Below, piece after piece: positions 1 to 13,600 of a stretch of DNA of 64,000 bases. The notes under the pieces were generated by a model. The model made no database searches and was not told where the DNA came from. It was given only the letters and a program-made list of their open reading frames with translations. The DNA lies in the NCBI GenBank assembly GCA_964247055.1, contig OZ176052.1, forward strand, positions 7,688,001 to 7,752,000. Direction: 5' to 3'. Origin of the DNA: Paragordius varius. Lineage: Eukaryota > Animalia > Nematomorpha. The position numbers were made by a program, and so were the translations under genes. Positions within the stretch are counted from its first letter, which is position 1; the number at the start of each line of letters is the position of its first letter.

Positions 1-359
1 TAAATATTCTTAAATCGAACATAGAATTAAGCAGTTCATGGACCTTAAAAATCACGATTGATTGAACATAATCATGGAATCGAGTTGAAATTAAAATTTA
101 AGAGAGCATAGGTATCCTAACTCCTTTTACCTAACAAACATTTTTATCAAATAAATAGATCTAAAAAATATTTATGACTTAGATACATCAAAATACCTCA
201 AAAAACGGTTTATATGTTTTTTTAAACAAAAATGTTCATTTTAGTGTTTTAAAAAAAATTAGTATAGATTATAAATAAATCTAAGGAGAGAATGTTTTGT
301 ATATAATTCAAGCCTAGATGCGTAAAAACTATTTTTTAACAATTCTTTACGAAAAGTTA

Positions 360-815
360 AGATATACAGTAAAGAGCATCTTATACAGTCATGTATCCTT
401 TTTTTAAAAAATTTATTTTTTTCGTTAAATGAGTATAACTATTTATTAAAGAATGGAAAAAACAAGAGCTCTATGGTATTTACTAATATCATATTCATCA
501 AAAAAAGTTTGGGGGAAAGACTTCGAAAATCTTATATGGTAAATTCCGTACTCTTTTAACATTAGTTTTAAGATGAAGGGTTAGTTGTTAGTATATTTTC
601 ATTATACTTAAATACATATTTTACCATATACATATTTTTGACGCCTTTCTCCCATATTTCTTTTAATTTTTTGATGAAGATGATATTGAATACCATAGAG
701 CTCTTGTTTTTTCCATTCTTTAACAAATATTTATACCCATTTAACGAAAAAAAAATAAATTTTTGATAAAATAGGGGTACATGACTGTAAGTCATATCTG
801 TATTTAAATGGCTCA
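360..815. mobile_element. Degenerate foldback element / MITE
   Basis: Inverted arms at about 360-520 and 665-815, e.g. AAAGAATGGAAAAAACAAGAGCTCTATGGTATT and its reverse complement. Confidence 0.7.
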
Positions 816-1011
816 AAGGGTAATTTAATTTACATGTGTGTTTGCCATGTATGAGATTTTTTTTATTAGTTTGGTAAAACGTTTAATTAAAAAAATTTAT
901 TTATGAAAAATCTAATACATGTCTATAGACATCTAAAAAACCCCTCTTAGCTAATTAAAAACTGAAGCCAATAATATTTTTATTTAGTGCTGAATTCATA
1001 TATAGGTAAAA

Positions 1012-1288
1012 CAGGGGTGTCCAACACGGATGGCTTCACGAACCGTGTGATCGAAAAATCCGACGGGCCGCAGCAAAATATAAAGGAATTTCCAAATATT
1101 TTATTAGAACATGAGACTATAAAATTACTATTTTATCATTTTTTGCTAGTTCATTGCCGAAATTCGGAAACACTTATTCAGAAAATTTGTTTAAGAAAAT
1201 CACTTTTACTTAAATTTTGTAAAATTTTATATTAAATTTCTCGTGGGCTGCAAAAATATTTTGGGGGGCAGCGTGTTGGACACTCCTG
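1012..1288. mobile_element. hAT-type MITE, copy 1
   Basis: TIRs CAGGGGTGTCCAAC / GTTGGACACTCCTG; decayed 8-bp flanks (aggtaaaa / gtataaaa). Confidence 0.75.
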
Positions 1289-2843
1289 GTATAAAACTTC
1301 CGTGTTTCAAAAAATTGATTATCACTTTCCATTTCTGCGACTTTTTATTTTCTAAATTAACATGTCTGCTAACTCATTTCATCAGTAAAATTTATTAACC
1401 CTTCATTATTTTTGGGTAGTTTTGTTTCCTAGAGCAATTGTTAAATTAAATATTTTAAAAAGCATTTAAGATATTGAGACAAATTTAAAAATATACATAC
1501 CTTAGTCTTTTAGGCACATAAATAAGCTTTAGAAAGATATCCAGCTACATTTTAACAGCAAATTTTTGATGTTATTGGTTTTAAAATCTGGTAGTTGTTT
1601 TGATTTATAAGCTATATATTCTATGCGAAAGATCAATCTTTGATTTCTAAATTTTAAGCCAAAATTTTCATAACATTAGTTTATTTACAAAGAGTTCTCT
1701 ACTACCCTATAATGTAATCAAATATAAAAAAATGAAAAGTTAATAAAGTTCTAAATATAGATATCAATAAAAATTTATTTCATTTGCCCTATCTTTGCAT
1801 ATATAAACGAAAAGATTAAAATATATTTTTTAAGTGCGAAGGGTAATATGTTTTGCAAAAATTAATATGTAGGTTACTTCTCTTAACATGATTTTATATT
1901 GTTATTTTTTAGAGTAACACCCTCTTGATAAAAAAGGCTTTTTTATTTAACATTTAACTATTGATGGCTTAATTTCATTTAGGTCAATGCATAGTTTCTT
2001 TTGAAGATTATTTTAGGGATTAAACTTGTGTTTAGGTTAAAAGCATTTCAATAAAATAGGTCAAAATTTATACATTTCTTAATTTCCAATGGTTCTCTTG
2101 TATATAGAAGTGGGTTGAATTAAAAGTAGAATTTATTGAACGGATCCATTTTTACGTTAACATAAATATAAATAGTTTTTGAAAAGACATGAATGGTATA
2201 TATATGAACCAGTAATTAGGGTCGACCAATCAAAAATAATTAAATAAATAATAAGGTGTTACGAATGTGGTTTTTATATTTTTTTATCTAGGCCGGAAAA
2301 TGACACGAATAAAATGACTAGTGTAAAAAGTTTTTTTTTAAATTTTAACGGATCAAATTATTTATTTTACTTTTCTAATTATGTAAACCGGTCATAACAT
2401 AATTTGACACAATACAGCTTGATTTTTATCAAAAACGTTTATTCTTAAATTATACGGATTCAATCCAAAACTTTCCTTAATCAGATTCTTAATAATATCC
2501 CTGATATATCTTTTTATAATTTGGTGAAAAATTTGAAGTGTTTAAATTTGATCTTTGAAATTACCCGTAATTTTTCCTTTCCACTGTTCTTAACTTAGCC
2601 ATTATCCGTAGCTGGGGGAACTAGACTATAATGTGGTTACACGGAAAATTAAGGTTTATCTGTACCACAATGTTGAATAGTGAGACTCAACCTTGTACTG
2701 AAAAAAATATCTATATAGAGCTCTATTTTGGGAATAAACTTTTTTAATTATGTGTGTACAAAAACATATGTAATTGACACTCACATATACCTTATTCGTT
2801 TTAATTTTAAATTATTTTCGAAAAATAAATGTCTAAATGATAA

Positions 2844-3437
2844 TCTATATATTTATAAAAATGGAAAATGCTGGCTTTGTGATCTGGTACAGGAAAACCG
2901 GTAGACCCATTCAAATCCAAACATCGAAAAAATATAATCATTAATGAATGCCCCGACAATAGCTTCGCCCCTTTTTTGAAATAGGCCCCCAGTTCGGGCA
3001 CACCCCGTGTGAAAAACGGGTTTTTTTTGAAAACAGAAGTCCAAAAAAATCGTGTCTTTGAGACAATTTTCCGGAGAACGTGTTGGTCCATTCAATTTCA
3101 AATATGATTTTTGTTTACTTATTTTTGATCGCGCTGAACATAGTCGACTCACTTTTTTTGATTTAGGCCCTCTTTTTACTCGCTCCCCCTGTAAAATGCC
3201 ATTTTTTCAAAAAACATAATCCACAAAAATAATTTTTTAATTTTTCCCCCAAGTAAACAATAAATTAGTATGAAAGCACCGTTTTAAGATTCCTATGAGA
3301 TCATAGCTATTAAATAATTTTTCGAAATAATCCACATATGTAGATCATTTTATTGTCCCTTTTTTCAAATAACCCCCCCCCCCCCAGAAGTCCGAAGGAC
3401 TTCCTCGGGCTGCGTAGCAGCACGAGATTTACGCTAG
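2844..3437 (+). mobile_element. Complete non-autonomous Helitron (594 bp)
   Basis: Inserted between A and T; starts TCTATATATTTATAAAA; ends with hairpin CTCGGGCTGC-GTA-GCAGCACGAG (3404-3426), 7 nt, then CTAG. Homologous copies at 50372-51406. Confidence 0.85.
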
Positions 3438-4985
3438 TATATAAATAAATAAATATAATATGCATAAAATTCGTTCCATTAATATTTCCCTATATTTATT
3501 TCCAAAAAGTGTATTATATCAATTTAATTAAAAATCAATCATTTTTTGGCAAATTTCGATATAATAGGATCCGTTTTGAAATGCGTTTTTATATAATTTC
3601 CGTAATTTTTTGTATCGTAACAAAATTTATACATATTATATTTTAGAGTAAAAGGAAAAAAGCAATTTTATTCAAAAAGAATTTGATTAGCGTTATTAAA
3701 GAAGTTTTGTTTTTGGCCATCATTCACATATTTTATCCAATACCTTATTTAGGTGGCATATGCAGATTACAAATTATCAATATTTAATATATTACCAATA
3801 TATATATATATATATATGCAAATACAAATTAATAATATTTATTTTAAAATAATTAATAATAATATATATTCGTTTATAACCTTTTTTATATCGTAAAAAA
3901 TCGATAATATTCCCATATATAAGTAAGAATATCACATGTACAAATATATCATATAAGGGGGGCATACAAACAGGGGTGCACACTACAACTTACGTAGGAG
4001 TGTGTTTGTATGCGTGTGTTAACTGTATTGCGGAGGTTTAAACCTAAGAAGGAAATAAAAAAAATATAGACATATTTCCGATAGATATATAGTGATATTA
4101 TTTAATAATATCTATATATATATATTTTTCACATCCAATAAATAATATATGTATAAAAATTAATATTTATTAATTAATTACGTATGATGATATATCTTCT
4201 ATCAGAATATCATATTTATAAGAAATCTCCAAAAAAATATGTTTTTTATTTTGTAAACTATTTGTTAAATGATAATTAATAATGATGATGATATAAATTT
4301 AATTGAATGTGTCTTTTCTGTTTCGTTCCTTGTGAGAAAGTCTCTCCCTCTAATTATATTTTTATTTTACAATAACAAAATGATACTACCTGATTGACGT
4401 AAGCACTTTTGTATTTTTTCCATCATTTTTCGTGAAATTTTTATGTTTCCCAATCGCCATTCTCATGCAAGGATAATGTAATGAGAGTATATTTCATAAA
4501 TATTCAATAAATTTTGATTTGTTTAAATTCCGCGTACTTCTTTTGCCCAAAATAATTATTAGTCATAAATATTGTGATATACTTAATAAAAATCCTTGAA
4601 TTCACTATCCTTTACCCGCTATTTAATTAAAATTTAAGAAAATTCAAACATATTCCATTTTTTAACTACCTATTCTGTATCAAAGATTTTCTTAAATACA
4701 GGTAATTTAAATAAAGTTGATGTAAGAGTATTTAATACATTTTGAATATGGGTTTAATAAGCGGATAATCGATCTGTTAATAATGTAGCTTAATATCTGA
4801 GTATTAAATTTGTCTCACTATTTACAAATGAATTTTCCCATTTAACAATATTTAACTTTTGCTTTATGATGCAGTAATCGAAATATATAGGCCAACGTTT
4901 AAAACTGCAATTTTTTATTATGATATTTGTATCATTTTTGCACCAATTGTAGTCTGCATGAGTATAAAATAAACAGGAATAAAAG

Positions 4986-5248
4986 CAGGGGTGTCCAACG
5001 TGCCGCCCTTCTAGACATTATGCGCGGCCCGCAAATAATTTGGAAATCCGTATGCAAAAATGTGCTCACAAAATCTTAATAAAATTAATGTTTCTTAAAC
5101 AAATTTTCTGAATAAGTATATCCAATTGACAACAAACTAGAAATTGTTTTATTGGGCAGTCATATGTTTGAAACCTAATAAAATATTTTTGAATACCCAT
5201 ATTTATTTCAAATGTGACCAACCAATTTATGTGGGTTGGACACCTCTG
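4986..5248. mobile_element. hAT-type MITE, copy 2
   Basis: Same CAGGGGTGTCCAAC TIR family as 1012-1288, opposite orientation. Confidence 0.75.
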
Positions 5249-5298
5249 GCGTAAAGCTTAAATTAAATCCTATAATATAGTGTCCATATAAAAATAAC

Positions 5299-6520
5299 CT
5301 GATATATATGTATTATGTAAAGAAATAGTATCATGATAATCATGGTGCTTTTGATTTGATCTTACGAGTGAATTAAGAAAGTATTTACACTGTTGTAGAA
5401 AGTGTTCCATATCGTGCTAAAATTGCACTTTTTTTAAAATTTTGTTGTAAGCGAAAGGCTTCATTCCAAAAAATATTACAAAAATATTTCATAAACTACA
5501 TATAAAAAGCAAAACAATATTAATAAAATGATAATTTTTAAATGTGGGTTCCGAAAGTCTCTAATTTTTTCGTTATTCTAAAATAGGCTATTTCTCTTAT
5601 TATACGCTACGAGATTGCGCAAATATTTTGATATAATTATATTATTAAAATATTTTTAAAAAATGCATACATTTCCAGAAATTTTATAATTTTGTTGAAG
5701 CACACCTGTTTTTAAGCATGATGAAATCGGTGTAAAAACGCTTTTAGATATAATAAAAACATCTTTTTATATAATTAGATGACGCTAATTTCTATCACTT
5801 CAGAATTTTGATTAAAATATTCGTTCGTCTTGAATTTAGGCTCAATATGTTTTACGAAGATGCACAAATTAAAAAGCAACGTACCTTTAAATTAAAATTC
5901 TGAAGCGATAGAAATGTTTTGCATCATCGAATTATATGGAAAAGTGTTTTTATAATATCTTAAAGCGTTTTTATAAAGTTTCCATCCAGAGGCGTAGCTT
6001 ACATTTCTGGCGCCCGGTGCATGAATCCGTGATGGCGCCCCTCTCCCCTTCCATGCAACCCTTTGAATTTTTAATAATTAACCGTGATGACCCAAAAATA
6101 GGTGATTTTTTTATTCATCATGCCTCCAAATAGTATAAGTACGCTTCAGCAAAATGTGCTAAAAATTAAATTTTTGATAAAAGTATGCATTTTTTAATAA
6201 ATTATTTTAGTTTATATCATAATTTAAAATATATTTAGCCTTTTTAACGCGTAATCTCGCCATTTTGCATTTATTTTAAGAGAATCAGCTTATTTTAAAA
6301 GAGAAAAGGAATTTAGGACTTTCAAGGCCCTATCTTTAAATTATTTTTTAAAATCTCGTGAGGCATTTAGCTTTCACCAAAAAAAAATAATTAAAAATTA
6401 TGCGCAAATTTTGCCACTTTCTGATATGGAGCACCCACAACAAAAGTGTAAATAACTTTCTTAAATAACTCGTAAGGGCCAAAATCAAAAGCATCATGAT
6501 AATCCTGATACATAATATCA
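5299..6520. mobile_element. About 1.2-kb degenerate foldback element with long inverted arms
   Basis: 5320-5420 is inverse-similar to 6400-6510 and 5545-5690 to 6165-6330; ends CCTGATAT / ATATCAG. Confidence 0.65.
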
Positions 6521-6560
<40 letters not shown>

Positions 6561-6841
6561 CCATTTACAGTTCAAATTCACCCTCGTTTAATTCAAATCC
6601 CTAAAATAAATTATGTGTTTTTTAAGATTAAAAATTACCTTTATTTTTTAATATCTTTAAAATATTAAATCCTGCTTAAAAATTAATATATTGCTGTAAA
6701 AAGTATAAAATATGTGGTAAAAATATATTTCATATTAAAGAGAAGCTATCTTAGAACGAAAACACATAATTTATTTTTAGGGTAAATTTCAATTGTTCAA
6801 GGGTGAATCGAATTGTTCAAGGGTGAATTTGAATTGTAAAT

Positions 6842-6843
<2 letters not shown>
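6561..6843. mobile_element. TA-flanked MITE, copy 1
   Basis: TIR CCATTTACAGTTCAAATTCACCC, subterminal repeats, (TA)n tracts on both sides. Confidence 0.85.
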
Positions 6844-6876
<33 letters not shown>

Positions 6877-7979
6877 TAATCATCAGGTAATTTTCCCCCG
6901 ATTTTGGGAGCAGTATATTTGTTTACTTAACTATTGGAAGTGAAAATAAGGCAGGACCAATGAAAATATCATTTAACATCTTCATTTCAAACCGTTCGAG
7001 AGGAAGCAAAGTCATATTATATGAAGTTTTATATAAAAATTTCAAATAAAGGAAATGGTTTTAGTATATGAGACATTATGAGGGAAAACCTTTTTAAAAC
7101 AATTAAAATACGAATTAAATATGGCCTTCCAAATATAAAATCTAAAATAATTCGATAAAAAATATTTACTTACCATTTACATGGGTTAAGCGCTCTCTCT
7201 ATAAAAAAGGGGAAAAGGTATTTTCCTTTGTTAGATGCTACTAATAGAATTATTTACAGGTAAACGGGGATCTTTTCTAGTAGATGTTAAATAAATCTCT
7301 TAATTTTTTAAAAACACTTTTAAAGATTAATTTCTCATATTACCAATGGTCTTCTCTGTTGGGCAAGTTATTATTAAATGGCTTCTCTTCTATTAATCAA
7401 GAACTAATGTTATAATTTCAAAGGTATAAATTTCGAACATCATATTATTCAAAGTTTTACTTTACACCTAATTAATTCGTCAGGAGTTGGAATATAATTA
7501 TTTTTTTTTATATTTTATTGCTTTTAAAAGCATATTATAAGCAAAATGCCAGTGCTATACCTAACAACGTCCTTGAATTTTCAGCACTTTCTTTCATCAT
7601 TTATGATTTCAAAGGAATATTTAATAATGATAAAGATTTAATATGTTAGGTGCGTAGAGATGCGGAAATATTTATGATATATATATATATTATTGTTGTT
7701 AACAATAATTGGCAAAACTAAATATATATAGCATAGCTAGGAACGTGGTTACCACTATATTAGCCATAATAAGAAATATAACCTTGAAAATTACATATTA
7801 TATATATAAAGCTGCAAATAAATTTTATCAGCTAAAGGCTCTAGAGACATCACTCTATCTAACTTATCCTTTCTCTGCATTTTTAAAATTACGAGAATAA
7901 AAAGTCACACAAAAGATTAATGCTTGTTACAAACTGTCAAAAACAGTTTAAACTATTCCAAAAAATAATTATAATTAGT

Positions 7980-8330
7980 TATTGTAATAATAATAATAAT
8001 AATACGTTTATTAAAGTTACTAAACTTTAGTAAAATTTTAATCTTCTAACAATGCCAAACATAACATTAAAAATATTGATCCTATATGATATAGTATTTA
8101 GCCAGTCATACATTTATTTTTAGTCAGTGTTAGCCTCCTACGCAATTTCTTTTTTCGTATGAAATAATTAATGTTAAAATCAGTTAAATAAAAATATTTT
8201 ATTACACAATTTTATTCCGATCTCATTGCAGCTCTATGTTTTCAATAACTCTGATATATTTATTTTCTCTATTTTAGGGTTATTTCTCTAATGCGTTCAA
8301 TTAAATGCCATATTATTGAATTTAAATTAG
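7980..8330 (-). mobile_element. Possible decayed LINE 3' end with (TAA)n/(TTA)n tail
   Basis: (TAA)n run abutting a degenerate coding-like stretch on the minus strand. Confidence 0.3.
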
Positions 8331-10626
8331 ATTTGATGGATGAATCATGCTAAAAAGATTTAAAAAATAATTTACTTCTAAAACCTCCTAAGGTAAAAGA
8401 ATTTTTTGAAAATTTTTAAAAAGATTATATTGTATAATTTTTAACGCTATGCATTGATTGAAATGCGTACCTAAGACCGATGCCGCTTTTAATTTTGACT
8501 AGTTACTTAAGTATTGTTGATTAGGTTCCATATCAAATATTTTATGCATTGATAGATATCAAATTTAATATTTTGAATTTGAAGCTTTAACATGGCTTGT
8601 TCATTTTTTAAGTATGTCGTAAAAAGCATATTCGAAGCATTTAATTAACACTTATGATAACAATCACTGTAACGCAACAAAAAAATTTGAATAAAATTTT
8701 ATGAGCCTTTTTGGACAAATTAAGGTGATGGAATTTGTTTGCGCTGTTTTTAAGGAGGAATTAGTTGATGGTAATTATTTGAATAGCCAAAATAAAAAAT
8801 CGCAAAATATTATGATAAAAAAATTTAATTAAAGAAGCCAAATAATTTAAAGCAGAATTTTCTGTTAATATACCATAAATTATACAAAATCAAAACATTG
8901 GTTATATATGCAACGATTTAAACTTCAAATTTTTACAATAGTTCCGTAAAATTAAGGCAAAAAATGACACGATTGTTCGATAAACATTTTCTAATTTCAA
9001 AAAATTTAAATTGCATTTTAATTAGCTAACTTTTGTGGAGTGTCATATGGTATATTACATACATTAAATGTATAAACAGTTAAATTAAAAAAACCTTTCG
9101 ACACATTTAATTATTTAAATGTACAAATATTCGGGTTCAAATTCAAACTAAACTTTTGGTAGAAGAACTTTTATACCTTAAATTTAAATCCTAATAATAT
9201 TTTAAATATAATTTTGGGTGGAAATAACTACTGCCGCATAGAATAATTTTATACTATATTCGGTACCCTGGCATAAAATGATTGAAAAATTTTGATGCAC
9301 TGTAACTTTTTTTAGTAAAAACTAACATAAAGTAACAAATTTATAATTTTATTAAGTGGCAGCTATTTGACTAATCTTTTGGACAAAAGCGTATTCTTAG
9401 GTATTAAAGTAGGAACATTTTTAACGGAACGAAAATTTTGCCGCAAAATATTGGTACCAATTCGAGTATTTTTGTAACCAAGCATGTGAGAATATCTGTC
9501 CGAGGGATATAATTTATTATATTTATACTAAAAATTATTTTTAAAATACAATTATCAATTTGATATTTAACTAGACAAAAAAGCCATAATTTTTTACCTT
9601 TTTGTAACTTCAATAATTAACAAAAGTTTAGTTCCTAAAGTGTTTAAGTCAAGCAATCAATTGTTGACATATGATTATACGAGTGCACAGAAAATAAATA
9701 TGTATTCAGGTACCCAGCAGTTGAAAACTTTTGTAAAATAAATATCGAAATAATAAATACGGTTTAAAAACAGCGTAACTAGTGTTTTTTTCCAATTTGA
9801 TAAAATAATTCCTTAAAAATTCTAATTATGCGGTCAAATATTTTAATTTTTTAAATTTTCCCCATTTAAGATACGATCCCACGGAAATGATTGTTCTATA
9901 AAATTAAATCATTCATTTGTGAATAAAGCGTAAATTTACCCTAGCTAAATAATTTAAACTCAATTTCAGTTTATACCTGGATATTACCACCGCAAAGTTT
10001 TCTCAAATATAATAATTCAATCTAATTTACCCCATTTTTTCAGTTTTTTTCTGGATACGAATAATTATAACCAGGAGATGTAGTTAAGTAAATATATTGA
10101 AAGAATCATCAGCTATAGTATTATGTAATGCTGTAAGAATATTAAATTGATTTTTTCATTTCATTAGTTTTTTTACTTTTTTACTTTATATGTATTTCAT
10201 AAAAGCATTTTTGGTTTCGAGGACAGCAAGGTTGACCAAGGTGCGTTATATTAGATACGATTTTTTATTCAACTTTTATTACATACGTGTTTCATTTATA
10301 CTTTCCAACAAAAACACACAATATTAATAACATTACATTTATATATTAATAATGGATATCTATTATTATTTTTATATTTTATTTTTTTCAGATATTAAAA
10401 TGGTTCAATTCATATAAAGCTTGCTTGCTATTTAAGCGAATTCTATCCTCACAAACTTTAACTACAGTCATCGCCTCATGCCTAATTTAATGTGCAATAG
10501 CCATAATAATATAAATAATGCAAAAAGGTGTGTGATGATGTTTTAGGATAAAAAGTATATTGCATACAAGCTTTATCCAAAATCTAGTCCCATTTTCGGA
10601 GTTTTACATCCCCCCTTGAAAAAATA

Positions 10627-13600
10627 ATGATTCCTCATCACATGTTTAAATACGTTTGGAAAAATGTAAATATTCCTAATCGCCTAATCATGTGGTTTGG
10701 AGTAGTGATTTGCGTTTTATGCCAACATCTTCTCAAGTTACATGGTCTTCTTGAAACTCCTTCATCAAGCATAAAGTCAACACCAGATGTAGGTGGAATG
10801 CAAGGCAGGCCCGCTCAAGCGCTCCATTTGGAATATATTCACCCGGAGATAGATTTCGCTATCATGAAACTAAATAAACACCCTCAATCCCGTTATTTTA
10901 CTGGTGATATTTTAATTGTGTTGGTCGCGATACCAGAAACAGAATTCCTGTCTCAAAAATTTGAAAATTCGACAAAGAAAAGAGGAGGAAATACTCCTTT
11001 AGCCCGGCACATTCCACAATCATTGTCTCAACATATTGCTCATGGTTTGGCACAAAAACATGTGCTCCACTACTACGGACCGGTATGGCATTTTTATGTT
11101 TATCTCTGTTATTTTGGTTAAATTATTAGTTCTTGTTTAGGATGTCACTTAGCATTTATTAACTCAAATATGCCGATACGTTTTTGCCTTTATTTTTTCT
11201 CCTTTATTTAAAAACGCCAATGCGAGAAAAATTTTTAAATAACAGAGCAGCCGTTTTCTTATAAACCGTATAATTCTTACGTTCAACCTGACACTACCAA
11301 CTTTCGTTAATTTAATATACTTTGGTCTTCCTAGTGTGAATTCCTTAAATAATACTCCTATAATAGGGTTCGATTTTTCTTTTATAAGGCGTCCAATATA
11401 AATCCTTTTTTAAACTGGAGAAATTGTAAAAAACATGGCCATCAAATAAGATATTGTGTGTCCAATAATATCAATTTTTAAAGATTCAAAATTAATATTC
11501 GAAACCATATGAGCTCTGCAATTAAAACCAAAGCGGTTTTTAATTGCACATCGCATGTTTTTATAAAAAATTGGAAAAAATAGATCCGGTTTAAAGATTT
11601 TTTTTTGAAAAAATGGTGTTTTACTGTTTTTAGTTTTTAGCTCCATTTGATGGAAATTCCAGCGATAACCTAATTACGAATAACTTGCCACACAATTTGC
11701 AAAATCTTGTGTTCTACTCTGTTTAAGATCAAAAATATACATTTAAACTTGAAATTTTATATTATTTTTTCTACAAATAAAATTAACCTGTGCAAAATTA
11801 TTAAACAGTTAAAAGTTTTTTAAAACCGGTTCTTGTGCAAAATTGCCTATAAACATGTATTTATTCATTTTGATATTTATTAACACTATGAACATTGATT
11901 GCCATTATAAAGAAAGGTACTGATACAATTTTTCTTTATACCTTAACAAAACCAAGTATAAATTTGAATATAAATTACTATTTAATTTTACCAACACTTA
12001 CGAGCCATAAAAAGTTACAAAAAAATTACATATACCTGCTTACATACGACGACACATCTATTCTCATCATAGCTTCTATAATTGAGCTGTTTACTCCACA
12101 AAAATATATTAAAAATACATTTTTATATCCTTATTTCGCTATCTAAAACAGATTACTTTTTTGAAAATTCAAAAAATATATATGTATTTATAAAGTACTT
12201 GTATGTTTTGTCTTTATAATTCCAATATTTACTGAAAATTAAAAAACATTAATTAAAATTGAATAATAAATCAAACAATACAAAAAAATTAATTAAATCG
12301 AATGACAAAACATTTTTGTAATATTAAGCCATACATGCGTTTGTGACGCAAAAAAACTATATTTTTTACTGCATACCACCAGACCTTGAAGTAAAACATT
12401 AATAATAATTTATAATGATAAAAGTGGGAAGTGACATATTGTTATTAAAAATTAACGAATAAATTAATACAAAGTATAAATATTTCACAATAAGAATCTG
12501 GATTGCTCTTATTTTTTCAGACAAAAAAGTAAAAAAGTAGTATTTATACACATTGTTAAATATTGAAAAAAAAATGAAACCTGTTATATATATTCAGGCT
12601 AACATAATATGGTGGTGGTGGTGGTATGCTTGTAACATAAAAATCAATATCCACATTGCTTATACATATTTATATTTTAATCTAAATAACTCACATTTTG
12701 GCATCGTTTCAAGAATTATTTTTTGATGCTGCCACATAAAAATTGACACAAAATATAAACTGGACATATTTTTGATTTTTTTGATAAAAATAGAGACATA
12801 AAATACTTAATTTTAAATAGGTTGGACACACATGTATTCACAAAACCATGACTTTTCCATTGATTTTTTTAATAAATAAAAATTCGTCTCATAAGAAAAA
12901 TTTTTTATATACAGTGGACCCCCTTGTAATAAATCCCCACTCATAAATGTGTTTAAAATAAAATCCAGAACTAAATAAATTACATCTGATTATCATATAA
13001 TTTTTCGATGTTAATACAAAGCCCTATTTTTAAATTATAATGGTTCAAAATTGAGAACATCTTCCCATAAACTTTTTAGTTTGTGGGTAATTATGGTCTC
13101 ACATACAAATAAATAACGATTAAAATTAGTCAAACTTTTTTTAATATTTTTTTCAACATCTGTAGAATATTAATAATTATTGGATTTTAATAATCAATAA
13201 ATAATTATTTTATATAATTTTTTAAAATGCGCAAATTGATTCTTTTCCCATGATCGGGATCATAATAGGAGTAGGGGAGGTCCACTGTTTTGCAAATTTA
13301 AAATTCGAAATATAATATATTAAAATTATTTAATCGATTATTATTAGTCATGTAAAATGGTGTTGAAATACAATATCCATAAAATAATTCACTAATCAGT
13401 AAAAACATAACTTATAAATTTGGAATTAAGATAGAAAACGGTACAAAAAGTATATTGTCAGACACACTTTATAAGTTGCTACTTTAAATTTATTGAGTTT
13501 TGAATAATCCTTACAATAAGCACTTTCATTTAAATTAACGTTTAAAAATATAAATATATTTTAATATGATCTTTTTCTACAAAAATATTGACCGGATAAT

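Noticed and set aside
2807-3152. ORFs with near-identical partners at 51099-51397 as a duplicated gene
   Set aside because: They lie inside Helitron copies, in overlapping frames with no recognisable motif.
568-9613. Short track ORFs in the first 10 kb (and 24.7-29.6 kb) as genes
   Set aside because: Ile/Lys/Phe/Asn-rich products expected from AT-rich DNA, often with TTG/GTG starts, overlapping repeats, with no exon chain.
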